A stretch of DNA of 64,000 nt from Lingula anatina (Eukaryota; Animalia; Brachiopoda): contig CM120640.1 of assembly GCA_051362555.1 (NCBI GenBank), positions 35,049,967 to 35,113,966 of the forward strand, given 5' to 3'. Positions 25,945 to 39,540 of the stretch are shown here, piece by piece (positions within the stretch are counted from its first letter, which is position 1; the number at the start of each line of letters is the position of its first letter). The position numbers and the translations under genes were made by a program. The notes below the pieces were generated by a model that searched no databases, was not told where the DNA came from, and saw only the letters and a list, made by a program, of their open reading frames with translations.

Positions 25945-28900
25945 ATGGAAGTGAAGAATATTACATGCCAACTTCTATCCTCCCAAGAGGTTTTATGTAA
26001 TGGAACCATATATAACCTGGAGGAGCGTAAGCTTACATTTAAAGATGAAGAGTTTTGGATATATATTGGAGTTTACATTGTTTTAGTCCTATTCGCAGGT
26101 AATTTGTCATTTTCGCTCCCAGTATACAGAGCTACATGTACAGTAACGTAGCTAATATTAGATGATGTACTTGTAACATAATGTCGTGCGGCAATAGCTT
26201 TCCAGAGATCCGATCGTTATCTCTATTTACTATTTAGACTAAATGAGCCCTAAAGTGTACATTTGTTTCTCTGAAAAGAATTAGATATCAAAATAACGCG
26301 TACACGTACATGTGTAAGCTTGTGAAACGGAATCTCGGAAACTGAAAGGTAAAATTCGACTTTAAATATCATTTCTGGCAACACTCTCCCATTGTGATTG
26401 TTTGTACTTCCATTATTGTGTCACCAGAATCAGGCTTAAATGCCTCGCTATATACTGTACATGGATAAGGGTATATGGAATCACCACTACGTACCATATG
26501 TGATTCTTGTGTGTCAGCCTTCATAAACAAATTTCACAATATTCAGGCCCATAGCCAGCAGTTTTTTTTGTTTTTTTTTTTTTTTTTGGGGGGGGGGTCG
26601 TTTTCTGAAAAAGTGGACCTCTTACCATAAAATTAAATCCTCAAGTACATAGTTCAAATTGTACCCAGAGTGGACCTTTTCCCAGCAAAAAGGGTGGTTC
26701 TTTCGAACCACCCAAACCTCTGCTGGCTACGGGCCTGATATTTCATGATATTTTGAAATAGACAATGATGCCACTGCTAGATCCCAAACATTATTATATA
26801 TCTATACTTATTCAGAGGTAAAAGTATGAGAAATGCATGGACCCTTCAAGTTCCAGAGGCCCTTTTACTTATACATCCTAGCTTACACAATGAAAGGTAC
26901 ATTTTTGTAAAGACAAATGGAACAGATAAAAATCATATCTGGATATGTTTATGATGAGTTTCCTGAATATCCTCCTCTCTAGGTCTAATGGCTGGGCTGA
27001 CTATGGGTTTACTGTCACTGGATCAGATGAGTCTGAATGTACTGAAGGAGGCAGGGACACCAAAACAGAAGAAATATGCAGCAAGGATCCTCCCTGTTGT
27101 GAAGAGGCATCATCTGTTATTGGTATAATAGTAGTGCATTCATTGTTCCTACTAGTATCATTGCTATACATATGTATTGCTCTCAGTATGATGTGCCTAC
27201 TTATGAATAGATTTGAGCTGTGTTGTATAGTTTTTAAATGAATATTTCCACAATAGATGTATGCTCTTGTCTGTTTCTTATATTATAATATATGCACAGC
27301 ATGAAGTTCGTATATGAACCAAACTGGCTCTGAAGTTTGTTTAGTTTAATTACTAAGACTTCAGATACACTGTATATGTACATGTATGTTAGTATTCCCT
27401 TTTATGTAAACATAGCAAGTATAGTACCTCAATCACACTACAATATCCATCAAATAATGTAATTTTACTATAAACATAGCACATGCACATGTAATAGAGA
27501 GTATTCTATCTGATAGTAAAGACTACTCTGTATATCTTTTATGATTAACTAATTACTGTATAACTTTATTTTGCAACTTTAAGGTGACCCTGTTGTTGGC
27601 CAATGCTGCTGCCGTGGAAACCATGCCCCTCTTTTTGGACAGAGTATCTGACCCAGTCACTGCCATAGTCGTCTCTGTGACAGCAGTTTTAATATTTGGA
27701 GAGTAAGTGGATGAATTTCAGTCATAACTGAAGTGATTCATTATTTCCTTAAAATCACTAAACACCTATATGAAAGGAAAAGGTGTAAGTTTCTTGATAG
27801 AATGTTTTGATCTCAGGTGTACTGTTACTTTGTACTTTTTACACTGTATTTGGTCAATACAATCAACATATTAAGTTATACTACTATTTCTAATGTCCCA
27901 GTTGCAGTTGAGACAAGATCCTGCACATAAATTAACCACCTGTTATTAGATATCACATACTCCATAGTACAAAATGACAGTATCTCCTGACAAACTTTCA
28001 GACATGCAAATATATTATTTATTCTTGAATGCTAGAAAATTTACTAGTTAGCAAGAAACACATTTACCGGAATGACAGCTGTTACATGTACATGTAGAGC
28101 AGTTGACATCACATCGATTTTTGTTATGAGAAGCAAATTGGGAAAATAGTAGTGAATTGATTATTCTGTTGCCCTATTATCACAACGGTAGTTTTAAATG
28201 AATATTTCCACTGTGACAGTAAACGTATGTGTTTGTCTATTTCTTAATGTACATACACAGTACATCAACCAGCACTAAAAATTTGAATTTACCATGCTTC
28301 TAGAAAGTTATTCATTACTGGGAACTACTTGTTGAGACTCATTCTTATTTACATAGTGCATGTAGGTGAATAAGTGTATATGTGCTGTTATATGTGAGCA
28401 GAAACCTTGAGTAGACATTCTGTATTTTTTGACACATGTATGTACTTACAACTTTACATATGTTTAATAATTCATGTCTACATTTTCAGGGTATTTCCCC
28501 AAGCTTTGTGTACAAGATTTGGATTGGCCATTGGAGCTAATTTAGTTCCGTAAGTATATATGTACTGATATGATAGATGACCAAACATTTGGTAAATATT
28601 TATGAATATTTCTCCTAAACTTTACAGATATGATATGATACTAATTGAGTGGCATTGTTATAAATAACAAGTACACTGCACTGTTAAGTTGATTAGCCCT
28701 CCTTTAAACTTTTTTTAATACATGTAACTGTTTTTTTTTCAGTAATTTTATTTTTCTTCTCCATCCATTTCATTTTAATCTTCACATATCCGTTGTTAAT
28801 ATGTTGTCTTTTTCATTCACAGGCTGGTTTACTTTTTAATGGCAATATTATTCGTCATAGCCTGGCCACTAGCTAAATTGCTGGACTTTTTACTGGGACA

Positions 28901-31293
28901 CGACCATGCCACCTTTTTCCGTCGTGCTGAGCTGAAAGCTTTAGTAACTTTACATGGGCCAGAGAACACGGAGGCTGACTGCAGTGATGGGGATGCCTCA
29001 AGTCAAGAAAAACTTACTGTGGATGAAGTGCTTATCATAAAGGTTAATGTTTAATAGAAGGAGGTCTAATTCAATGTAATATATCAATGCACTGTGTTAA
29101 TTTTTCACTTATTAAGGCATTGTTCATATGAAAAATCAAAATTCCAAAAATACAAAAATCCATTGGCGGTATCTAGTGATCACCTGGACGCATGCATCAT
29201 CATGACACATTTATGTACAAGATATCAGTTTTTGCTTTCAAAGAGGTATTTTTCTCTGCTTTTTGATTCTTTATTTATTTCAACTCTTCGAACATGTATT
29301 GATGGGTCATACTATCGGATAATTTAAAATGTTGAAATTTCACTGTAAATTATAGGGGGCTTTAGAAATGAGAGACAAGACTGCAAAGGATGCCCTTGTT
29401 CCCCTGGAGAGTGTTTTCACATTGGACATCAATGACAAAATGGACAGTGATACCATGAACAGGGTAATTTAAATTAACTCTGGACATTTATATTTTCTCC
29501 TTGCCCTTTGCCCATCTAGCTTTAAAACAAAACAAATGCTCACATCTTAAATGGTTGCATTTTATCCTTCAGACAGATTAAATAGAACTTGTTGTTTATT
29601 CACAATTTTATAGAGACATTATTCTGGTACTAAAAACAAAACAAATCTTGCAATTATTTTCATATATTAACTTGTTGTTTGCAATTTCTTGTTCAGATTT
29701 TAGAGGTGTCCCACTCAAGAGTACCAATCTATGAAGGCAATAAAGAAAACATCATTGGAGTTCTTCTAGTCAAAACATTGATTCTACTGGATCCAGATGA
29801 TAAAGTGCCAATACGAAGCTTGAAAAATACGAAGTCATGGAGAGATGTGCATTATATAGAAGAAACAAAACCACTGTTTGATTTACTCAATGAATACCAG
29901 CTCGGAAAAGGTAAATTTTTGACTTTGAGAATTATTTACATTTGAACATTTAGATAGGAGTATTGTCAAATGTATGATTAACCCAATTCAGAGAATTCAG
30001 GTTTTAATTGTCCTCATACATGTATGTATACATTAAGGTACCAAAACTTATACATTTGATAAAATGTGGACATTTCTAGTAGATATGATGTGTATAGAAA
30101 TCTCACTGGTCAACTGGAATCAACAACAAAACTTACAATGCATATACATGTAGCTTTATTTAAGCTTTTAGAATTTAAGCTTTGATGTTCTATTTGAGTA
30201 CTGCAAGTCAGTTGCGAAGAGTTTTCCTATCCATTGTATGTGGGAATTTCTCTCCTTTTAGAGGATTTTCCCCTTATGTTATCTTATGTTACCATTGATA
30301 TTGTGTGACTTACTTTTAGATTTGAAATCAAAGGGGATTATTATTTTAATTCTAGCTCATATGTCTGTGGTTTTAAAAACAGATGATGGAACAAGCAACA
30401 GCATACAGGCAGAAGGGGGACAACCATTGCATGTAAGTATATGAGGAAGGAGATTACAGTATTTTTCATGTACTGGTACATTGTATTCTGTAGTGCACAA
30501 TCATATGATTTTTGCATATGCAAAAAAAAAAAAAAAAAAAAAACCTTTGAGATGCAGGGTGTTAAGTTTGGAATGATGAAAAGTTGATTTTGCAGGTAGA
30601 AGAATATCAAGAAATATAATCAATACCTATGGTAAAACAATACATAATTTTTTACATTGTATGCCTTTAGAATGTTGCTGGAATAATCACTTTAGAAGAT
30701 GTAATAGAAGAGTTAATTCAAGAAGAAATAGTTGATGAGACAGATGTCTTCGTGGACGTTCACAAAAGAATCCAGGTGGCCAGAGCCAAGGTGGCAAAGA
30801 TTCCAGGATTAGCTGACCGTTTTGCTGTAAGTTTTTATCTCTACTAACACAGAACAGTGTCCATTTATCAGCTTGCAGTGCACATGTAGTTAATTTTTAA
30901 TCATAATAATTTTAATCAAAACTTTTATCAATATAATTTGATATCAAGTAGGTTAAAGGAGGTTGCTGTCACTAATTAATGTGTATTAATTCAGTCTGCA
31001 AACATGAATTACAAACTAAAGAAAATTGTTTTAATTTCTATCATTGTGACTTTCAGAAAATGGCAGAAAGAAGCAAATCACATCCGCCCACAAGTAAACT
31101 GTTGCCACCCATAGATCTCCCACATAGTGGCCTGAAAAATGACAGGGCTACATCCATTAGTGAAATACCCACGACCACACAAGGAGATACCAGTACAAAC
31201 ATGACAAAACCCTCCCAGTCAGGTTCTTTAGATAATACATCAGACACGTACAGTTATGATGGAGATGACACTGCATTACTATTGGGAAAGTGA
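25945..31293 (+). CDS. DUF21 + CBS-pair metal (Mg2+) transporter, CNNM/CorB family, short Mam3/plant-like type, copy 1 (about 494 aa)
   Basis: Exons 25945-26098, 26983-27122, 27584-27702, 28490-28549, 28823-29042, 29356-29463, 29697-29910, 30356-30432, 30671-30826 and 31057-31293, phase-consistent. Motifs [45 protein letters not shown] and [22 protein letters not shown]. Confidence 0.93.
26544..26737. mobile_element. MITE in intron 1 of DUF21/CBS copy 1
   Basis: 18-bp TIR caggcccatagccagcag / ctgctggctacgggcctg with 1 mismatch; ATATT immediately flanks both ends. Confidence 0.65.
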
Positions 31294-31475
31294 TCTGACA
31301 AACTGTTAAATGCACACAATGAGGGTTAGGTGTTTGTGGAGCAATAAATAAATTTTTATGTATCACCTGTATCTCTTAATCAACAAGGAACACTGTATCC
31401 AAAACTGCTATATGATCTATAAACCCTTTTCATCTTTGGCAAGTCTAAATTTACAGCTGTTCATTAAGGCTTTCA

Positions 31476-31506
<31 letters not shown>

Positions 31507-34500
31507 TTTATTTATTGTTCAGTGTATTGTTTAATAATTCTTGGAGGTGATATTATTTGGGACTAGATGCTTATTCAATACCTTTTTCACCAGATGCAAA
31601 AGAAAATGTGGTTAAGGTTGGTAAAATATTGTTTTTGCTAAGACAAGATTAATATTGATTATTTTTCTTTCCCCATTTAGTGAAGAAAATATAATTAAGA
31701 GTGACACCAGCAAGATGTTTCTTAATTAATAGACTTCTGGTCAGCTCCAGTGTTGTTGAAGTGCTAGAATATCTATATATTGGTATGTTTGATGAATATT
31801 TTTTGGATTTTTGAAATGCGATTATATATTTTGGGCCAAAAGTATATTTATGATGTATTTATTGTATGGATATGTTTTTTTTAAGTTTTGCAAACTTAAA
31901 TTGTTATTAGTGTTGTTTCTTTTATATTGTTTACTGGTTATTATGTATTTATATATAAATGAAAATATAGTATACATACATTTACCAGGGTATTCCATAC
32001 TCCAGAACTAGATGAGTTCTTTATACATTTCCAATTACTCATCGAAAAATATATGATTAGTGCATATTAATTAAATGCTACACAAGACCAGTTATAATTT
32101 TTTTTTTCGTTTTTTCTGTTTTAAGAGAAATGGGGTTCTTTTCCTCCGTCATAGTTGTTTTAATCAATGCGTCACTTGACTCTATCAGTTTACACATACA
32201 TAAAGTTTACCTGTATATAAGCGCTTCTTAGATAGTGCTTATCTGGTAAATAATTATGACTAGTAAAATTCCCAGTGCTATTTGGTGGGAGAATTATTGA
32301 TATGACAAGCTGTTACAGATGAATAAATAATGTCGAGTTATAAAATGCCCCAGTTTTCAAATATCACTTTTTTCTCAGTCATTTTTTCTTGAAGACTAAT
32401 GTTTTTAAATCTTTTTTAGACAACTTTTATTTGGGATAAGTAAAGATAGTGATACAAGTAAATAAAAGTGAATATATTTCATTAATGACTTATGTACATT
32501 TACACAAGAATATTTATATGCTTGGCTTTATGATTAATCTTGGGTTAAGTGCAAACATTCCATACCATAATCCACACAGAACACTGTTAATCTATTTCTG
32601 CAAGTCACTATAATCCACTAATGAATGCTTTTAAAAGGATAATTTATAAAGCAGACATCACAATTTGTTGATTTGTTTGAAGGTTTGAGTACCATCAAAG
32701 ATATGTTCTTATGTACCCTGACTTTCAGAGGATCCTGGAAAACATACCTCTCTAGCAGCATGTAGTACTGTAGTAGAGAGGTGAGTTTTCTGTGACCTTT
32801 AAAACTTGAGATGGTCTTCTGTTAAATGTTAAATAGTTTGAAAGACAGTTCTTTATTTTTCTTCTCTCTGTGCCCTCTGTAGATTTTTTTTCTTTGAGAA
32901 GTCAGGGAGGGAAGATATTGTGCCCCATACCTCCAGAGACCTCACTGTAGACTTTGTACTAGCAATATATTAATTGTCTGGTGATGACAGTGGTACTTTT
33001 TCCTAAGTTCTAAATATACTGCATGGTATAATGAGAATATATTTTGTTTCCTGGAAGCTTAATTATGGGGTACGAATGACTGTATCAGATCACTTAATTT
33101 ACCCTCAGTATCAGGAACTTCATGGAACTTATATTACCGGTATACTTGGGGATTTTTTGGAATTAGTTCTTTGCAATCAGGTTTGATTTTTATGTACAGA
33201 TACAGATGTGTCTGTACATATAGCCATCATCTGCGTCTGTCGTCGCCGTCGTCGCTGTCGTCGCTGTCGTCGCCGTCGTCGCCGTCGCCGTGCACTTTTA
33301 CCGATAACACGATAAGTGGAAAACCATTTTACCTTTTGATTTGAAACTTGCAGAACTGATGAATATTCATAATACGCAGGTCAAGTTCAAAAATCAGCAT
33401 GATCGGGTCACTTTTAGGGAATTTATGCTGTTTTTTCACTTTTTTCAGCATATATGCAGCACCGATAACACGATAAGTGGAAAACCATTTTACCTTTTGA
33501 CTTGAAACTTACAGAACTGATGAATATTCATAATACGCAGGTCAAGTTCGAAAATCAGCATGATCGGGTCAATTTTAGGGAATTTATGCTGTTTTTATGT
33601 ACAGACACAGATGTGTCTGTACATATAGCCATCATCTGCGTCTGTCGTCGCTGTCGCCGTCGCCGTCGCCGTGCACTTTTACCGATAACACGATAAGTGG
33701 AAAACCATTTTGCCTTTTGATTTGAAACTCGCAGAACTGATGAATATTCATAATACGCAGGTCAAGTTCGAAAATCAGCATGATCGGGTCACTCTTAGGG
33801 AATTTATGCTGTTTTTTCACTTTTTTCAACATATATGCAGCACCGATAACACGATAAGTGGAAAACCATTGTACCTTTTGGCTTGAAACTTACAGAACTG
33901 ATGAATATTCATAATACGCAGGTCGAGTCTGAAAATCAGCATGATCGGGTCACTTATAGGGAATTTATGCTGTTTTTTCACTTTTTTCAGCATATATGCA
34001 GCACTGATAACACAATAAGTGGAAAACCATTTTACCTTTTGGCTTGAAACTTACAGAACTGATGAATATACATAATACGCAGGTCAAGTTCAAAAATCAG
34101 CGTGATTGGGTCATTTTTAGTGAATTTAGGCTATTTTTTCTCTTTTTTCAGCATATATGCAGCACGGATAACACCATAAATGGAAAACCTGCATTTGACC
34201 TTTTGGCTTGAAACCTACAGAACTGATGAATATTCATAATACGCAGGTCAAGTTCGAAAATCAGCATGATTGGGTCATTTTTAGTGAATTTAGGCTATTT
34301 TTTCACTTTTTTTCAGCATTTTTGCAACACTGATAACACAATAAATGAAGAGCTGTTTTACCCTTTGGCTTGAAACTTACAGAACTGATAAATATTCATA
34401 ATACGCAGGTCAAGTTCGAAAATCAGCACGATCGGGTCACTTATAGGGAATTTATGCAGTTTTTTTTTTCACTTTTTTCAGTATATATGCAACACTGATA

Positions 34501-36858
34501 ACACAATATAAGAAAAACAGATTGGCCAATTGTCATTATACTCACAGGAGGGGCCAATCTTACTAAAACGCAGGTTGAGTTTGAAAATCAGCGTAATCAG
34601 TCCATTATTTTAAAAGGTAATGCTGTTTTTTCACATTTCCTCACATTCAATTCTTAGGCATGTTAACAGTCTCATTATTGAACTAATAAGATACGTAAAT
34701 GTGTTTGTTTGGCATTTCCTGCATCTTTACAACATTGTTAGGTGATTTTGTAAAAATGATGGTAAACTTGTTATCATGTATTGTGTAATAAAGTGTCAAA
34801 AATGGAAATAAACTCATATCATTGCAGTTTGTCAGATGTATTCATCCACTATGTTCAGAATCTCAGAATGGAGGAAGTTGGACATTTAAAACTGTTCTAT
34901 TGATACTTTTCCCATCTCATCAATTTTCTTCATTGGTCATATAAAAATGGCAGTAAACTGTTTATGTTGTTTTATGTTTAAAAAGTGTTAAAAATGGAAA
35001 TAAACCCATTTCAGAACAGTGCTGTATTGTTTACATTTTGGCATTTTCAATATGTGACTTTGAGGTTCCATGGGCCTGAAGGCTTTTGCTAGTCACATTT
35101 TCTGAATAACCATGATACTAATATTTTATAATTAAAAATTGATGGTCATTATGCAGTAAAACATTATGTAATATTGCATGAAAATTTTAAGAAGCCCCTA
35201 TTTTGGGCACTGCTCCCATGATGACCATTTAAGGAAAATCATGTCACTTACTGTTCTCAAACTTACAGGAAAGAAACATGGGACTAAAATACAGCTCCAG
35301 TAGGCAATGCAGTCTGTTTGGTAAATTTTTCTGGCAATTAAACAGTTTTTTGTGAAAATTTAATTTTTCACTTATTGGCATTTTCAAGGTGTGACTTTGA
35401 AGTTCCATGATCCTGAAGACCTTTGCTTGTCACATTTCCTGAATATCCATGATACTAATATTTTATAATTAAAAATTGATGGTCATTATGCTGTTAAACA
35501 TTATGTAATGTTGCATCAAAATTTGAAGAAACCCCTATTTTGGGCACTGCTCCCATGATGACCATTTAACAAAAATCATGTCAATTACTGTTCTCAAACT
35601 TACAGGAAAGAAACGTGGGTCTAAAATACAGCTTCAGTAGGCAATGCAGTCTGTTTGGTAAATTTTTCTGGCAATTAAACAGTTTTTTGTGAAAATTTAA
35701 TTTTTCACATATTGGCATTTCCAAGGTGTGACTTAGAACCTCCACGGGCTTGAAGACCCGTGCTAGTCACATTTTGTGAAAATCCATGACACTTATATTT
35801 TATTATTAAAAATCGATGGTCATTATGCTGTTAAGCATTATGTAATGTTGCATCAAAATAGAAGAAAACAATTTTTGGTGCTGCTGCCTTGATGACCATT
35901 ATGGAAAAACCGTGTTACTTATAACTGTCAAACTTTCAAAAAAGAAACACAGGACTAAAATGCAGCCTGAGTTAGAAAAGCAGTCTAATTGGCTTCTTTT
36001 TCTGGAAGCTATACATTTTAGTGTTATATTCATTATCTTTTTTGGCATATTCATTGTGGGACTCGGAGCTCCCATGGACATGAAGCCAAATGGTAATCAT
36101 ATTTTCTACATGTCCATCCTATTTATAGTCAATAAACAAAAATTGATGATAATTATTCTCTAATTTATTATGTAATGTTACATCAAAATTGACAATCTTT
36201 TTGCACTGCTACTGCAAACATTATGAAAAGAAAACTGTGCTACTTATTATAATTTTAAACTTACAAGTACGATTTTTAGGATTGGCCTTCAGCTCATGAG
36301 AAAACCAGCTCTATTGGATTATCATGTTTATTGTATTTATGCATTTTTTGTGAAATTTTCATTTTTCTCATTCTGGCACTTTCTAAGTATAAACTTGAAC
36401 TCTGATGGGCCTGAAGCCTTATGCTTTTACTTTCGTCTGTGTTACCTGTTGTGCATAAGTTGATGTTGACATAATGTATTATTGCATCAGGATTGGTAGT
36501 CTCCTATTTTGGGCATTATGGTTTTGTGCTTTTCTTAAGGTGTGACTTATGGGCCTGAAGACCTTTGAGTGGGTCAGTCTGTAAATTACCCTTGGGTATC
36601 ACTAGATTAATTTCAGAGTTATAAAGTCATTTGCTTTAATAGGCCATTAAATGAGATTACGTAAAGCACACTTGTTGATATTTCCCTGTAAACTCCCAAA
36701 GGTAAAGCTCTCTGCTAGATTAATAATAAGGAAGCAGTGATAATTATGCAGGTAAATTTTGTTTAATATTGCAAATAAGTTTTTTATATATATATATATA
36801 TGTATATATATCAAACTGGAAGATTAAAAGTTTGAATAGCAGCTTCATTGGAATTATA

Positions 36859-37095
36859 TTTACCTCAAGCTCTGCCAAGGAGGTTATATTTTCACCCCTG
36901 TTTGTCTGTCATCCACATAACACAAAAAGTTATGGACTGATTTTGCAGAAATTTTCAGGAACTGTCGGAAGTGGGCCAAAGAGGACAATGATTAATTTTT
37001 GGTGGTGGTCCGGATCAATAATCAATCAATTATCAATAATAATCAACAATTGCTGCCTTGGCAGAGGTCTGCACTCTCAAAGTGCTTTTCTAGTT
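36859..37095 (+). mobile_element. Family-2 HINE nested inside the family-1 element
   Basis: tttacctc...gccaaggaggttatattttcacccctgtttgtctg ... ccttggcagaggtctgcactct...ctagtt. Homologous to 14346-14584 and absent from the equivalent site (near 44370) of the other family-1 copy. Confidence 0.7.
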
Positions 37096-37337
37096 TTGTT
37101 GTTTTCCTTTATAATTTTTTCTCAAACACTTGCATTTGTGACTTTTAGCCCCAGGCAGGCTCTCATCTGCCTGGGGCTCTGCACATTTTCTGTATTTCTA
37201 CATAAGCAGTTGTATTGTTTTTTATGTCTTTAAACATTACGTAATATTATTTTATGCACTTTCATCATTTTTCAAATATTGAGACTTTCATAATGTGAAT
37301 TTGAACTCTCATGGTCCTAAAACTGTAATCTTATTGA

Positions 37338-37500
37338 AGGGGTGGATTGAGACCATCTTCTGGGTCTTCCGGAAGACAGTCAGGTTATTAAGTTTATATT
37401 GACTGGTATCTATTTTTTTCTGTTGGAAGACCATCAAAATGGAAGATGGATCAACATAGATTCGTAATACTGTCAGAAAATATCTCTGGGTCCGCCCCTG
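37338..37500. mobile_element. MITE of about 165 bp; second copy at about 56932-57103
   Basis: Both sites share ctgggtcttccggaagacagtcag ... ggaagac ... tctggRtccgcccctg. Confidence 0.55.
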
Positions 37501-39540
37501 TTATTGACCATGTTACCTGTTGTGCAAGATTAAAATTCAGTGTTGACTGACAGTGCTATTATAAGCATTATTTATTATTGCATCAAAATTGACAAAATGA
37601 CCTTTTTTGCATCTTTATTTTCTGTTTTTTGTCTGTACATTTGACAGCTTTGCTGCCTTGTTATAAAGTTTCTGTTCACTTTAGTAGCAATAGTTGGCAT
37701 ACTCATGTTAGAAAAGCCATTGATTAGTTATACAACATAAAGATCTATACTTGTACATGTATTTTTATTTCAAGTCTGTTTAGTAATATAAAAGTATTGA
37801 GCCAAATTTATATGATCAAAATGTCCCAGAACAAACTAACAGTATTTTATTGTAATTTAAGGAAGAGGCTCATGGTAGAGGAATATATTATAGGGCAAGC
37901 ATTTATAAAAGCAGTGCTATATGAAAGGAGGGGATTTTTTGTCGTTTGGTTATTTGTTCTTTTTATTCTATACATACTGGCAATATGTACAATGTATGTA
38001 CATTATATGAAACTTAAAATGTTTCTTCTGTTGAATGTTTTGATTTGTTAATCCACTGAAAGACCAAACTTACAACACTACAAAAAAAAAAAGATTTGTA
38101 ATATTATTCTGCACAGTTTATTATATATTTTGTTTACTTATTTTTCTTTAAAGGGGTTGGTCCCATGATTTCTATTCAGAAACATCTGAAACTTATTTTA
38201 AATACTCTACCACCAGGGCTTTTTAAATCAAGTTCAAGAAACAAAAATACTTGCCCCCCAGTTCACCCTACTTAAAGTTTGTATTTACTGGTCAGATGGG
38301 GGGGGGGGTCAGAACGTGTTCACCCAATTGTTTGGTTAAGCCTTAATTTTCATTTTAGACAGTTTTCCCATGTTTGAATACAAAAGGGGAGTTTTTAGGT
38401 ACAAAGAATATTTCCCTAGTTATTGAATTTATTCACTTATTTATTTATTTATTTTAGTAATTTTAAAATAATTGGAAATGAGATTTTAAAGGCATCACAA
38501 TTACTGGTTATGTTTCTCTTTGTCGAAGACCAATTCAAAAATATTCCAAAAAATTCTAAGATCACAATTAAATGAATATAAAATACACAGGATTTTTAAG
38601 TACTAAGAAACTCCCCCCTTATTGAAAAATTGACTAATTTATTTATTTTAGTTATGGAATAAATCGAAAGGGGATTTTATAGGCATTACAATTACTGGTT
38701 ATAACTCTCTTAGTTGAAAACCAATTAAATAATGTTTTAAAAAAATCTAAGATCACAATCTAATCCTTTTTGTTTTCTGCATCGCAAAAATCAAAAATAT
38801 TTGAGCATTGCTTTGAATTACATTAATATTAAGAAAGATAAGACGTACCTGTATATCTTCAATAGGCAGTCTAAAGACGACTACTCCATATTGGTTGCCT
38901 CGTAAAAGTAATTTATATCAAATTTTTAAAAAAGGCATTTTTTGTTTGGATGAATCACAGGAAAATTGGGGACTTATAAAGTCCTGAATAATGTTTCATC
39001 GTCTACTAAATTTTAGCTGTACATGTCCCTACTTGCATGCTCAGGGGTGTTCTGGGTATGTCTTAACAGGCATGGCCGGGGTAATTTACATGTAACTAAA
39101 CATTATCTTATCACTCCTTACATGCATTTGAATTGTACTTTCTTTACACTTGTACTTCCCATTTCAAGTAAATTGAAACAGTCTGGAGAAAACGCTTTCA
39201 AGAACGAAACCGCTTACCTGGAAACGAAAGCGAAACCATTAGTCACCGGTATCAAACTAAGATAGGTGTGTAGGTGTATTTTTTAATAACCTCAATCCTA
39301 AATTATTTGAAGGAGACAACAATGTGCTGCGTTGTTTGTTGCTTGTAATGTTTTCATTCACCCGAAATTAAAAACGGAATTCAGTTTAAAAACGACCGGA
39401 GAAAGGATATAATGAACGTACATGTATATTACCGGTAGATGGAGCCGGTGTTTTGCATGTTTGCATGGAACAACATTCACTTAAACATCATAACAAGACT
39501 CGCTATTAACCAGCCAGCTTAACGTTGTTCCAGCAGACAA

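Larger units (their letters stand above)
33188..37662 (+). mobile_element. Large Helentron-associated element (HINE/DINE-like, family 1) with internal tandem arrays
   Basis: The 5' end is tttttatgtacagaYacagatgtgtctgtaca (subterminal IR plus short IR) followed by (CGT/CGC)n. Then come about 161-bp tandem units (33301-34620, with a second head at 33592) and about 337-bp tandem units (35041, 35378, 35715...). The 3' end is gtctgtaca, the hairpin cagctttgctg, and TT. Confidence 0.8.

Noticed and set aside
33502-33832. Arg-rich ORFs (CRRCRRRRRR), also at 42940-43297
   Set aside because: These are translations of the (CGT/CGC)n microsatellite in the HINE head. Only 42928-43035 is a real exon.
33301-34620. 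Regularly spaced repeats suggestive of a CRISPR array
   Set aside because: The whole 161-bp unit repeats with no unique spacers and no cas genes; it is a satellite inside a HINE in eukaryotic DNA.
36769-37233. 154-aa hydrophobic ORF
   Set aside because: It spans a nested non-coding HINE and AT-rich sequence, so it is a chance ORF.
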